A stretch of DNA of 64,000 nucleotides. Origin: the human T2T-CHM13v2.0 reference genome, Homo sapiens. The stretch is from the NCBI RefSeq assembly GCF_009914755.1, contig NC_060932.1. One strand, written 5' to 3'. The notes under the pieces are model-generated. The model did no database searches and was not told the DNA's origin. It worked only from the letters and a program-made list of their open reading frames with translations. Positions 13,697-27,360 of this stretch are shown here, piece by piece. Position numbers and translations under genes: made by a program. The stretch's first letter is position 1; each line of letters starts with the position of its first letter.

Positions 13697-14522
13697 TTTT
13701 CAAAAGAAGACATACAAATGGCCAACAGGCATGTACAAAAATTTTCAACATCACTAGTCATCAGCAAAATACAAATTAAAACCACAATGAGATATCTCAC
13801 ATCAGTCAGAGTGGTTATTATTAAGGTAAAAATATAACAGATGTTGGCAAGGATGTGGAGAAAAGGGAATGCTTATAAACTGTTGGTGGGAATGAAAATT
13901 AGTACAACCTCTATGGAAAACAGTATGAAGATTTCTCAAAGTACTGAAAATAGAACCACCATTTGATCCAGCAATCCCACTTTTGGGCATCTACCCAAAA
14001 GAAAAGAAATAACTATATAAAAAGATGCCTACATTCTTAAGTTTCCCTCAGCACTGTTCACAATAGCAAAAACGTGGAATCAACCTAAGTGGTTATCAAC
14101 AGAGGATTGAATAAAGAAAATGTGGCATGTATACACCATGATATACTACTCAGCCATGAAAAATGAAATTATGTTTTTTGCAACAACCTGCACGAAACTG
14201 GAGGCCATTATCTTAAGTGAAATAACTCAGAAAGAGAAAGTCTTATACCACATGTAGATGACTCACTTATAAGTGGGAGCTAAGTAATGTGTTCACATGG
14301 ACATAGAGAGCAGACTAACAGGCACTGGAGAATTGAAGAGGTGGGAGGGTCGGAGAAGGGGTGAGTGATAAGAAATTACTTAATGTGTACCAAGGACACT
14401 GTTTGGATGATGGTTACACTAAAATCCCAGACTTCTCCACTACGCAATATATCCATGTAACAAAACTACACTTATATTCCCTAAATCTATCAAAATAAAA
14501 AATACATAAAAATAAATAAAAG
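13697..14522 (+). mobile_element. L1 3' end (L1PB/L1MA-like), 5'-truncated
   Basis: ORF2 C-terminal region ('tcaaaagaagacatacaaatggccaacagg') through the 3' UTR to an A-rich tail. Confidence 0.9.
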
Positions 14523-15909
14523 ACATTCATAATATCTGTCCCTTCACCTCAGTCATAATGAAGGTAAATATAATACATAGTGTATGTGGATGTTTTTACT
14601 CAGCAGTAAAGCATAACACAACGTAAGGAGTAATTATTTTGCATGTGCTTATATTCTCTCCTGATAGCAGAAATAAAATTCTTGTAATGGCCTCCTTTCC
14701 CTAAGCCTCCAATGCCATCCCTTAACCTCTTGCATGAGATTCTGCATAGATTGTCCTCCCTGATAAATGCTTCCTGAAGAAGTGTAAGATGGAAGTTTCT
14801 ACAATGACCTTGAACATATCCAGATAAACAATTCAGAAAAATAAAACCCTTGCATGTTGCTGATGTTTTCTGATAAGGGTGAAGACAATGTGGGAGAGGC
14901 CCCATTGATCAGACAAGTCTTCGCGAGTTCTTTCTCCACAGTGACAGTGGGTGTTTCTGCTCTGCTCATTTCACACACTCCTGTCGCGTTTACGCCCAAA
15001 GCATTAGTGGCTAAGAGAGTTAGCCTGGGTTCCGGAAGTAGACAAATGGAAGGATGCTACCTAAAACTGATGTAGAATCTTTATCTTTTTAGCATTAGGC
15101 TTCAGCTAAAAGTGAGTTAATCTGCCATAAGTTTTCAGAATATTGTTCTGAGTTGAGAATATTGTTCTAAACATGTTCACGTACTTGTTCAGAGTTACTA
15201 GTTTATTAAAAAAAACTATTGACTCCCTAGGGTAAATAATATAGAACTCAGCAATCTATGGGATATATTGGTGATTCCAATGGGGACAGTGGTGGAAGAG
15301 ACAGAGTTTTGCATATCTGTGCTATGATTTTTAAAAACATTTTGTATCTTTAATGTATTAAGTAGCAAGGAAAAATATTTTATTTATGATAACTATTTAA
15401 ATAATATTTACAATGACTTTATGGGTACATATATCTACATTTTTATATCAAAGTATTTTTTAAAAAGATAAGCATTTGTATCACTGCAATAATGTATAGA
15501 AACATAATCGAAGACCAAATACATCTCGGGCCATAATTTTACCACTTCTAAATTCTTATTTTCAAGAAAAATTAAGGGTAATTTAACTCACTACTGTTTT
15601 CCAAAATGTTCTAATCAACTTGTCACATACTAAAACTAAGTTGCCACCATGCTAACTTAGACTTAGGGATTTGTAAGGGTAACAAATGTTTTAGAAACTT
15701 AAAACATAACTTTTTTGTTGAAATTTTATTTTTGCTTAGAATGCAAAAGAAGAAAACAAGGAGTTTTATTTTTTTCCAGCTAAAAGTATTTGGGTAAACT
15801 TAGCTAGGTTTAAGATGGGTCTTGTTTTAAATATTTTAAATACATTTCTGAAAAGGCACTGATATGAGTTCCAGTTCTGAATGCCACAGTTATTTTCCCA
15901 AATTGTAGT

Positions 15910-16208
<299 letters not shown>

Positions 16209-16827
16209 TAGATTGTTTTTCGGCAGATATGTAAACCAGGAGATCTGTGGATATGAATATAATCTGAAATTTGAAAGATGAAAGAAGTGACCAAGCTGAT
16301 TCAGAATTAAAGTCTGTACAAAGACCAAGCCATGCAGAGTAAAAGAGGTAAAAGTGGTAAAAGAGGAAACACCCAGGAGAAAGAGACACATCATGATCCT
16401 TTCCCACTGTTAGCGACTGAATCTAAAGGCATGTTAATGTTAAGCTTTAAAATGGTGTACTTCTGTTGTAAAATTGCAGCTAAGTTCTTTTCAAGGTAGC
16501 AATACCATTCAGGTTGCTCAAATGTTTTGATTGGATTAAAATAAAAACTTTTGGAAACAAATCTATTTACAAAGTCCATGCAATCCTTCAGATGTGTGTA
16601 TTTTTTCTCTCCCTAGCTCGTTCTTTTTCTTTGAAAAGCAGTGCCTTGCAGCTCCTTTTCCTGAGACAGAAAAAAAAAAAAAAATCAATGATCAACAACA
16701 GTCCAGTATTCAAGAACAACCTAGAAATAACAAATCAGTCTGTGTGTGTGACAGAAAAGGAGAGTGTATGTAGTAGGAAAAGCAGCTACCGTTTCAGACT
16801 TTCACAGGGCAGTTACAAGAAAGAGTG

Positions 16828-16931
16828 GGCAGCCAGGCAGAGGCGCTCCTCACTTCCCAGACAGTGGGACGGCCGGGCAGAGGGGCTCCTCACTTCCCAG
16901 ATGGTGCTGGGATCAGGCAGAGACGCTCCTC
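16828..16931 (-). repeat. SVA-type VNTR, about 2.5 units of ~40 bp
   Basis: Repeated 'ggcagagg(c/g)gctcctcacttcccaga', the reverse complement of the SVA VNTR unit TCTGGGAAGTGAGGAGCGCCTCTGCC. Confidence 0.88.
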
Positions 16932-16932
16932 A

Positions 16933-16988
16933 GGTCTCGATCTCTTGACCTCATGATCCGCCTGCCTCGGCCTCCCAAAGTGCTGGGA

Positions 16989-17015
<27 letters not shown>
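16933..17015 (-). mobile_element. Alu left-arm 5' fragment within the composite element
   Basis: 'ggtctcgatctcttgacctcatgatccgcctgcctcggcctcccaaagtgctgggattacaggcgtgagccaccgcgcc'. Confidence 0.92.
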
Positions 17016-17960
<945 letters not shown>

Positions 17961-19299
17961 TTTGAGCGAGTTGTGTGCGGAAGAAACTGAGGGTCAGAGG
18001 CGGAGAGGTTACTCCATAGTCACCCACTTCTCTGTGGCCTGCGCGCACTGGGCACCTGGGACATCACGGTGGGGCTGGTGATAGAGCCAGGGTGTGGAGG
18101 AGTGCACAGGAGCCCAGCGAGGAGCGCCTACAAGAGGAGTCAAAGGGCAAACCGCTAGGCCCCTCCACCGGTCCAGCTGGACTCTCTAGCCTCAGGGACG
18201 TCCTGCTCCTGGGGGCAGGTGTGTGATTCTGGATGGGCCCCGCTGTGGGGCTGTGGGGCTGTGAGGGGTGCAGGACTGATCCGCCAGAGCCCTTCCCGCC
18301 TGGTGCCTGGCCCAGGCGCTGACTAGCACCCCATGGCCCTGTCTTGGCTGGCCCTGTCCCCCGGGTTACAGGGCCAGAACCTGCTGGAAGCAGGGCGCAG
18401 GACCAGCCAGATCCCACCAGGCTCCCTCAGGGCCTCTCCAGTGCCTCTGTGCCGCCTGGAGCCAGGCCCGCCTTCTCCGTGGCCGCCCTGGCCTTGAGGG
18501 CCACCAGCCTGGCTGCGCAGGTTTCCAAGTAGAGGACGTGGTGCCCTGACCTGACTGGATGGTGCCCTTTACCACATCCCCTCCTGGCAGGCAGGGTCTC
18601 CACTTCTTTTTACAAATCCGCCTGAGACCATTCCTCAGGTCATTCAGGCAGTCATGGCCCAGCCAGCCTTTGAGCCCATGCTCTGCGATTCCACAGCTGG
18701 CACTCTGGCCTGTGTGCCTCCTGATCACGGATACAGGATGTATTCTTATTTTTTCCTGTAGTCCTGGGGTACTTAGCACCGTGGCATATCTGTAATAAGC
18801 ACATGCACACCTAGAAGGAGGTCTTTACTTCAACATGTAAGTTGACCATGGCCCAATCTGGGCTCCAGTCCTCTACAAAGATGTAGGGCAGGGACTACCA
18901 GTTGTCAGCACAGCACCATCCCACATTGCCCTCCTAATGGTGCCTTTCAGCCCAGATGTTCTTCTTTGTCTGGTGGGAAGGATCCAAGTATGTAAAGATT
19001 ATGTTCTAGATCAGCTTTGGTCTATCCTAAAAGAAATTCACTAGTGGATTATTCCACATAGATAAACGTCAGTTTCTCTAGTCTTCCTGGAATGTGTCTA
19101 GAAAGCAAGTACATTATTTATTTACAAGTTAATAGTGGATCAATGTTTTGGATTAAAATATAACCAACATAATTTGGTCATTGTGAGCATGCCAGCTCTG
19201 TCCACTCTTCACCACACATTATGATACCCTAAATATAACTCTAGATTTTCTTATGCCCAAGAGAAGGACATACCCTTGGGTGTCTGGACTAGTGAAACA

Positions 19300-19388
19300 T
19301 GTATGAAAAAACATTCGGCCACTCTACATCTTTTTATTGGAGAATTGGAAATATCTATATTTAAAGATATTATTAAAAGGCAAGAAGT
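19300..19388 (-). mobile_element. Old L1 ORF2 endonuclease N-terminal fragment inside the composite
   Basis: Minus translation LLIISLNIDISNSPIKRCRVAEC resembles L1 EN ISILTLNVNGLNAPIKRHRLA.W. Confidence 0.7.
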
Positions 19389-20244
19389 TAAAAAAAGAAA
19401 AAGAAAGAGTGCAGAAAACGTGATTGGGGAAAGGTGAGGGAAAGCACCAATTCCACCTAAAATTATGAAAACCCTAGAGTTTGTATTTAGCTGGCTTCCT
19501 CCCACCTTCTTTGTGTGGCCAGCTCTGCCGTCTCCCTCAACTTGCTGACACTGAGCAGATCTATGTGTCTCTTTGCTGTTGCACAGGGACGCAGGATTAG
19601 TCGGTAACAATATCAGAGGCAGCAACAGTGGATGCCTGACTTGGGGTTCATTGAGTATGACTGGCTAAAAGCTAGGGCTTTACAGCAAACAGCAAAACAA
19701 GTCAAACTTCTTGCAGGTAACAAAAGACGTTAGATTTGGAAGTCAAATAGCTGTGATTTCTAATCCAGACTCCCTAGCATGGCCTTAGACAAGTGTCTAA
19801 CTCTTCTTTATCTGTTTTTTTCATCTAGGGGAGGACAAGAAATGAACACTTAGCACAAACATATTATTGTGACAATTACATCAGGTAAGGCATAGAAATG
19901 ACCTAACATGATGGCTTGAACATAGTAGGCACTTATACATGATCTAAGTGGTATTAGGAAAACAGGAGGTGTTCTTTGCTGTACTAATTATTCATATGAG
20001 GATTTACAGCCTGCTAAAGGCAATGGTAGCCTGTGGATTTGTGTGTAACTCTGAGTGATTGACAACATCTGCCTGGAGAATTGGGATGAGAACGATTTTG
20101 AGAAAGGGCTCAGCAAGAAATAATGTGGTGATGGATATGGCTCTCTGTTGTGAGTGAGAAAAGAGAGAATGGGGCCAAATATGCCGTGCATTTACTATTT
20201 CTCAGTAAGCACCAATAGACAAATACAAATAAATAAAAATAATA

Positions 20245-20375
20245 TACACATATCTGATCTTCAAGGACCACATGACCTAGCAGGCAATAAACACCAATAA
20301 ACTGTCTGGGCGCAGTGGACAGGAGCTCAAGACTAGCCAGGGCAACATAGTGAGACTCCATCTCTACAAAAAAAA

Positions 20376-20407
<32 letters not shown>

Positions 20408-20583
20408 TAGCCAGGCATGGTGGTGCACACCTGTAGTTCCAGCTACTTGGGAGGCAGAGGTGGGAGGACCACTTGATCCTTGAGCCTGGGGGGTCCAGGC
20501 TGCAGTGAGCTATGATCATCCCACTACACTCCAGCCTGGGTGACAAAGCAAGACCTTATTTCCAAACAAACAAACAAACAAAC
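20245..20583 (+). mobile_element. AluJ with left-arm deletion and (TG)n in the linker
   Basis: 'gggcgcagtgg|acaggagctcaagactagcc' junction; (TG)n at ~20376-20407; (CAAA)n tail. Confidence 0.88.
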
Positions 20584-23500
20584 AGCCAACTAAGTATTAT
20601 AAAAGCTATCATACTTTCTAGTACCTGAATAATCTGAGAAGATACTCTTGGCATGCTAATCACACCAGGGAGTGTCACTAAAAGCTTCCTAAAGGGACAA
20701 TGACAAATAGCCATGTGGAAGGCAGAGGGAAAGTAGCAGGTATTCCTCTAAGACAGAACAACACCATCAAAGGCAGAGTCAGGTAAAACTTCACTATGGA
20801 GTTCAACAGCATGTAAATTTGGATAAGAATATTTTTACAGGGAATTGGCTGGAGAGGAAATGGTTGAGATAGGGAGGTTTGTGTACCACATTAAGCTCTA
20901 CTAAGGTACTTCATTGACTTGACTTGGGCTATGTGGGAAGGAGTAATCCAGTTCATAGCTCCCAGAAATCCCCATTCACGTGCGTTGAAAGCAATTTGCT
21001 TGACAAGTTGAAACTTACAAACTGATGAGATGCCATTCATTTTTATGTGTGGCTTCATTCTACTGACATGATCTGTGCCACTTCAGTAATGAAGTAGAAC
21101 CTAATGATTATCATTGTATCATCATAAATATAGGCAAAAACAATAATGGAAAGCATGGATTTCTAGTGGACAGCTATTGTTCATTTGGTTTCCTAGGACT
21201 GCTATGTCCTTTCTTCATTACTAATTATTTTCTCATGCCCCTGGGAAGCCTGTAAAAATTTCCCCTGAAAGAATTAACCATCCTGCCTCTGTGTATCCAA
21301 AGCACATTGCTTATATCTTTGTCATGGTCTTTGTTCTATTAAGCCAGAATCTTGTTAGTGTTTCCACTTGTTAAGCTGATGGAAGATGTCAGCTCTGTTC
21401 TGTAAACTTCTGAAAGACAAGGACCAGAGCTTATTTGTCAGTGTACCTCTCACAATTCTCAGCCCTGTGCTTTGCACACAGCAGATGACCAATAAGTGTG
21501 TGCCTGCGTGAACTGACTGACGATTATTATTTGATGTTTGAATTTTAGTCATCATTATAATGGTATTGGTCATCTATCAAGTTTGCACTATAGTTCATAA
21601 AGCTGTGTTTCTTAATACTTGCCATGTTATCAAGTTATTTTTATTCCAAAAATGGATTAATGGATAAAGGCTGCAATGAGCTTAAATCAAATATCTGTGG
21701 CTTATGAAAATAAAGCATAAAGCAACTATAACTATGACTTTGGTTATAACTGTAGCATATTAATACATTAAACCAACTGAACCCTCAGTAGACACATTGA
21801 GGTTGTCAGTTTTTAGGGTAAAATTCCACTGGCTTTATAACAAACCATCAAAGAATCACAATGTCTTATTTTAACCACACAGTAGTGTATAGTTAAATGT
21901 GGGGGGTGTTCTAGGTCTAGTGGAGATTAGAGGACTAACTGAGGAAATGAAGACTAATGAAAATTAGTGATAATTATTTGTTAAGCCCAGAAAGAACTGC
22001 AGGAGGAGTGAACTATGATAATTATGGGCAGAAGAAAGGAGAGGTGACTTTTCAAAAAGAGAAGCAACTATAACTTTTTCTGTTTCTTTAATAAAGGGCT
22101 ATGAAGAAGGCATGGAAGACAAGGATAACTCAGGGAACAGAGAAGATGGCAGCACAGATAGTGTCACTTGGGGTTTTGAGAAAGGCGATAGATATTGGCT
22201 GCCACTCAGATCATGTGGGATAATGATGCTAGAACAGGTTTCCACCTTCATTCATATGCAGGAGGTACCATTCAAATATTTGATTTCAATCAGTAACGCA
22301 TTTTGGCATTCTGTGAAATGCAATGTGATTTTAGTTACATGTTATTTCATCATGTTACAAATGTACATTGAAATAACAATACAGTTGGATTATCTGCGAT
22401 GGAGTTTAGATATTTCCAGGAATGTTGCTGAGTGGGTTGCTTAGGCAAAGGAGATAAGCAAGCAATGTGACATTCACTGAAAATAATTCTCATGGAATTG
22501 ATTTTCACAGGCATTGACTCGAATGCTGTGCCAGCTCCATAAGACACCATGGAATCATAGAGGAAACGATCTCAGTTTTAAAGAGGACTGACTTTGTTTC
22601 GATGCTCCTTAATTTCCAAACTTGTTTTAACTCTTCTACCAGAGACTGACTCTGTTTTATATCTCAGTCCAATTGTCCCAGTGATTGTTGTGCTCACACC
22701 TTTACATCATTAATAATTCCATATGACTGTGGACATACCTTCCATTAACTATTGAAGTATTTCCTAAGTAGAGTAGTAAGACAAAGCCCAGGGTCATGAA
22801 TTGCTGAAACTCTAAAGCCATTGCAGTTTATCCTGGATACCTTTTGTTCTAGTTCATTCTTTCTTGGCTTTTAGGTAGGTATAACTTTTTTCTCCCATCA
22901 AATTTTACACTCAGGGTAGAATCCAGAATTAGTTAACTAGACTTTGATATGAGTTTGACACGATGTTCACAGATATCATTGACTTTTAGATATGAAAATG
23001 ATTGTAAATATATCCTAGTCCAATCTCCATGTGTTATATTGTTATATATAAGAAAGCTGTGTCTCAGAGATAAGCTTTGGATTCCACAGCATGTTAGTGG
23101 CAGATCAGGGAGCCTGGAGCTTAGGTTAGAGAGTATAATAATTGTTTTTGATTGCAAACAATGGAAGGCTCAATATAAATTGCCTTAAGAAAAAGACAGG
23201 TTTGGAAGATAAGAAATATGCTGGCTCATGTCATTGGCCATTCCAGGGGATGATCTAAACATGGCATGCCTTTCCTTCTGCCAGTTTTCAAATGTTCTTC
23301 TCTGGAGTCACTTCCATTGTCACTCTGCTGCTCTTCTGTGCTTTTACGATGACTACCAGCAGCTCTAGGTTGGATACCTCATTTACATTCGGGAGGAAAA
23401 GAGAGCCTTTTTATCTCAGCATTCTCAGCAAAATTCCAAGGTTCACACTAACTTGTCCAGCTGAGATTCCATGCCTTCTGCTGAACCAAGTGGGTGGACA

Positions 23501-25898
23501 CTGAGAGCAAAATTTCTAATATTCTGAAGTTTCAGTTCCCCAGAACAGTGTATCAAAACTAAAGAAGTAAATAAACTGCTTCTTTCACCAATACTTTGCA
23601 AAATGATAGTCCTGGATATCCTGTGAAGCTGGTCTCCACTGGTTACAGAGAAGTGTTGGGCAGGTGGCTGGATGCTCATTGCAACTAGGATGAGCAGGAA
23701 TTGACACTCGAATCATACCTTTTGTTCAGCCCTCTCCCCCACTCTGTCAGTAACCATGACTCCCAAGGACTTGAAGCCTGCCTGCTTCTCTGGGTTGCAT
23801 GGTGCACTCAATATTTTTTTTCTCCCACTGCCCCCTCTCTATGGACGTTTTATGTGCTATGAGTCATGGAACTGAGTTCCATATCTCAGGTAGGCCCATA
23901 GGTAATGTTTCTACAGTGGTATCCCATTCTCCTTCCAAATCCCTGCTGCTTTCCAGTCTGTAGACAAAGGCCAGGGAGTAACATCAAAAGCAGTAAAGTC
24001 CTTCCTTTGAATTGCCTCTTAGTCTCTGGCTTTTCCTGGATTTTTCAAAACTGCTTGGACCCTGCCTTCGTGCTTCCTTAGGATTTTGCTCACAGAGCTA
24101 CTGTGCACTTGGACCTCATAGATTAGAGCATGTGGGGTTTCATACCACATCCAATAGGATAGATAGTTAAAGTCCTTACTCCTTCTGTCCATTCCAAAAG
24201 CCTCTTGATTTCTGCTCACCTCCATCCCAAATTTTCTTACAGTTTTCCCTACTACGTCACCATCTACAGCTCCAAACCTCCTCTGGGGAGTTCACATGAG
24301 GATGATGATGTCCAGAAACGTCAAGTGACTTTTCTAAGGCCACACTGTTAGTAAATAGCAGAGTATGACTAAGTCTCTTAATGCTAATTGTCAATTTAAT
24401 AGAAAAAAGTGGAAACAATTATCAAATTACTAAAATCACTTTCAACCCAGCACGTGCTGAATACTTTGATTATAGCAATGCTAAAAATAACTTCCAAATT
24501 TATAATTTAGGGCAAGGGATGTGAGAAGGTAGACATTAGTCACAATGAGACAAAATAAGAGAGAATTGATGGTCTATTACCTTAAGCATTCACCTTTCTA
24601 GGAAACTGTCAGGAAGTCAGAAAATTACATAAACATAATGAGAGTATGACTCAAACTATTTTTCCTTAAACTTAATAGTAAAAACATATAATCTCTAAAT
24701 TATTACTTGTTTTCTTGCTTCAAGGTCAAAGTGAATAGCACATCTTTGGAATGCTCTCCATTAGGAGTGATTGACAAAAATTTCTTGTGAATTAACTACT
24801 CCCAGTGTAAACATATTCTTGCATAAATGAATGAATGTATGTCCGTTAAAAGCATGTTACAGTCTAATAAATCAAGGAAACCATTGTCTGACTATTAACT
24901 AGATGACACACTTGAAAAAATGTTTTTTTTCTGATCCTGAATTCAGTATTTGGAAGTTCAAACTCTTCTAGTTTTGATTCCAAGGCAGATAGTCTCATGT
25001 AGACAGGTAAAATATCTTATTGAAGAAATCAGAAAGTGACCTCTTCAAACTGAATTAATTTCACTCAAGTTCAATAGCAGAAAAAATGGTTTAGATTAAA
25101 AAATAGCTCTGGTTAATTATGACATTCCATTCTACTCTGATTCTATCAAATTTTCAGATAAGGACTGATCTTTGGGAGCTTATCAGAGCTGCTTGAATAT
25201 TTTTTCTCTTTGCTTGGGCTTTAAATCTTTCTTAGCAAATTGCACAATGCTGCTGAATAGCTGATATTTAGTGATTCTTAAAGTTTTGACTTAAAAGATG
25301 GTAATTGCTAACATAGTAGTGCCATGAGTTTAACAGAAGAAAAATAGTCAAAATGCTTTACTTTGGCTTTTTCTAGAATACTATTTTTTTCTCTTTGGCA
25401 ATGCTTTTCAAATCCTTTGCTTCAAGCTGATCTCGGTAATTAAAGAATGATTTTTAAAACTCTCCAAAAGGATTCTGCATATTAAAATTCATTAAAATGC
25501 AATGTTCACAACACAGGATATTTTATTGTAACTATCTATGGAGGGTAAAATGGGAAGGAAATTAGGTGCTTCCTCTATATTCATTACTCATGCGTGTTTA
25601 TTAAAATTTAGTTATATAAATGAGAACTTGACACATTAACAAGTAGTTATATGGCTGTTAACTCAATTTCTCTTTAAAGACTTGAGAAAATAAGGGAAAA
25701 ATGAAAGTTAAAAAGAAGACCCTATTTATTGAACTACAGCCATTTCATTCTCATGAAAATGGTATGTTCATGGCCAATGCAGTTAATTTACTGGTGAACA
25801 AAAGTAGTCCAAACTAGTTCATTGAAATAATATAGTGCAAATCCACTGACCTCAGAAATAACCTCAGAAACTTATATCTAAGCTTAAAAGGGGCCGTT

Positions 25899-26217
<319 letters not shown>

Positions 26218-26815
26218 GGCTGGGGGGCAGGGGCATTGTAACTAAACAGGTAGGGGGATCACTCACATAAGTTACTGGACATTATGGAAACATAGCAACT
26301 AGATAATGGATATAATTTCCCCTAGACCGAAGTGTTGTCATGGAGACACAACCAAAGTGAGCCATGTAGTAGAAGCCTAGTGGGGAAGATCCATGCCAAA
26401 TCGTTAGTGACACCTGGCTGTAGCCAGCCCTGGGGATGGACTGACAGGTAAGAAGTCCTCACCTGGACTTCTTATACTCATAAATACTCTGGATAACAGT
26501 CATTGTGAGTGAAAGGAAGATTTAGGAAGAGTTGTTACAGGCATTCCAAGAGGTCTGACTTTTAAAAAATGCTACAAAATACATGGTGACTTGCCCAGTA
26601 ACATCAGTTCAAATCATTTTGATAATCAATTTATAATTTCTTCTAATTAAGATGAATGATAGTTTTAACAAACAAAGGTTTAGTCTGAAAATTCTTTTTT
26701 GGCTCAAAACCAAGCCTTTTATTCATGTTTTAGCTTATAACATCTCTTAGCACTTTGCCTTTATAAATGAGATTCTTGTGTTTTTATTTAACATTTTCTG
26801 CTATTTATATCATGC

Positions 26816-27360
26816 CTTTATAAGTTGACTAATATCATCTAGAGGATAAATCGTCTGGATGATTCTTCTTTTACCCCCATTCTTTCTATTACTCCTTCTC
26901 CACAGACTTTAAGTAAATATTTGATGATTTAATTGGATCTGGTTGTATGGTATAGGTGGAACGTGGCCCTACCTATTTGCCCCTCAATCCTGGAAAGTCA
27001 TGAATCTTGCTTAACCTAGTCCAGTGACAGAAGATAAATGGCTTATCCACTGGCTCTTGAAAATGAGTAGGATAAAAATCTTTGTAAGCAGGGGCATTCC
27101 TGGAGCCCCCATGTTCCTGAACACCTACTGTTGCCCTATCTAAGTGAGGAGTCAGTGGGAGTTTATTACATAGAGCAAATGGGGTTATTTTCCAGGGATG
27201 GGATAGATAGACCCCATCTATCTATCCCATCAACTTGATCCAATTAAATCAGCAAATATTTACTTAAAGTCTGTGGAGAAGGAGTAATAGAAAGAATAGG
27301 GGTAAAAGAAGAATCATACAAACCATTTATCCTCTAGGTGATATTAGTCAACTTAGAAAG
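26816..27360. repeat. 124-bp inverted repeat with ~297-bp spacer
   Basis: 26816-26939 versus 27237-27360: 7 mismatches and no gaps by manual alignment. Confidence 0.95.

Noticed and set aside
16902-16925. VNTR unit translates RLCLIP like the UPF0607 start, suggesting the VNTR derives from the ORF
   Set aside because: Nucleotide identity to the ORF's RLCLLP codons is only about 11/18; likely coincidence.
18366-18779. 137-aa minus-strand ORF as a gene
   Set aside because: GC-rich cargo with many overlapping ORFs on both strands and no recognisable domain.
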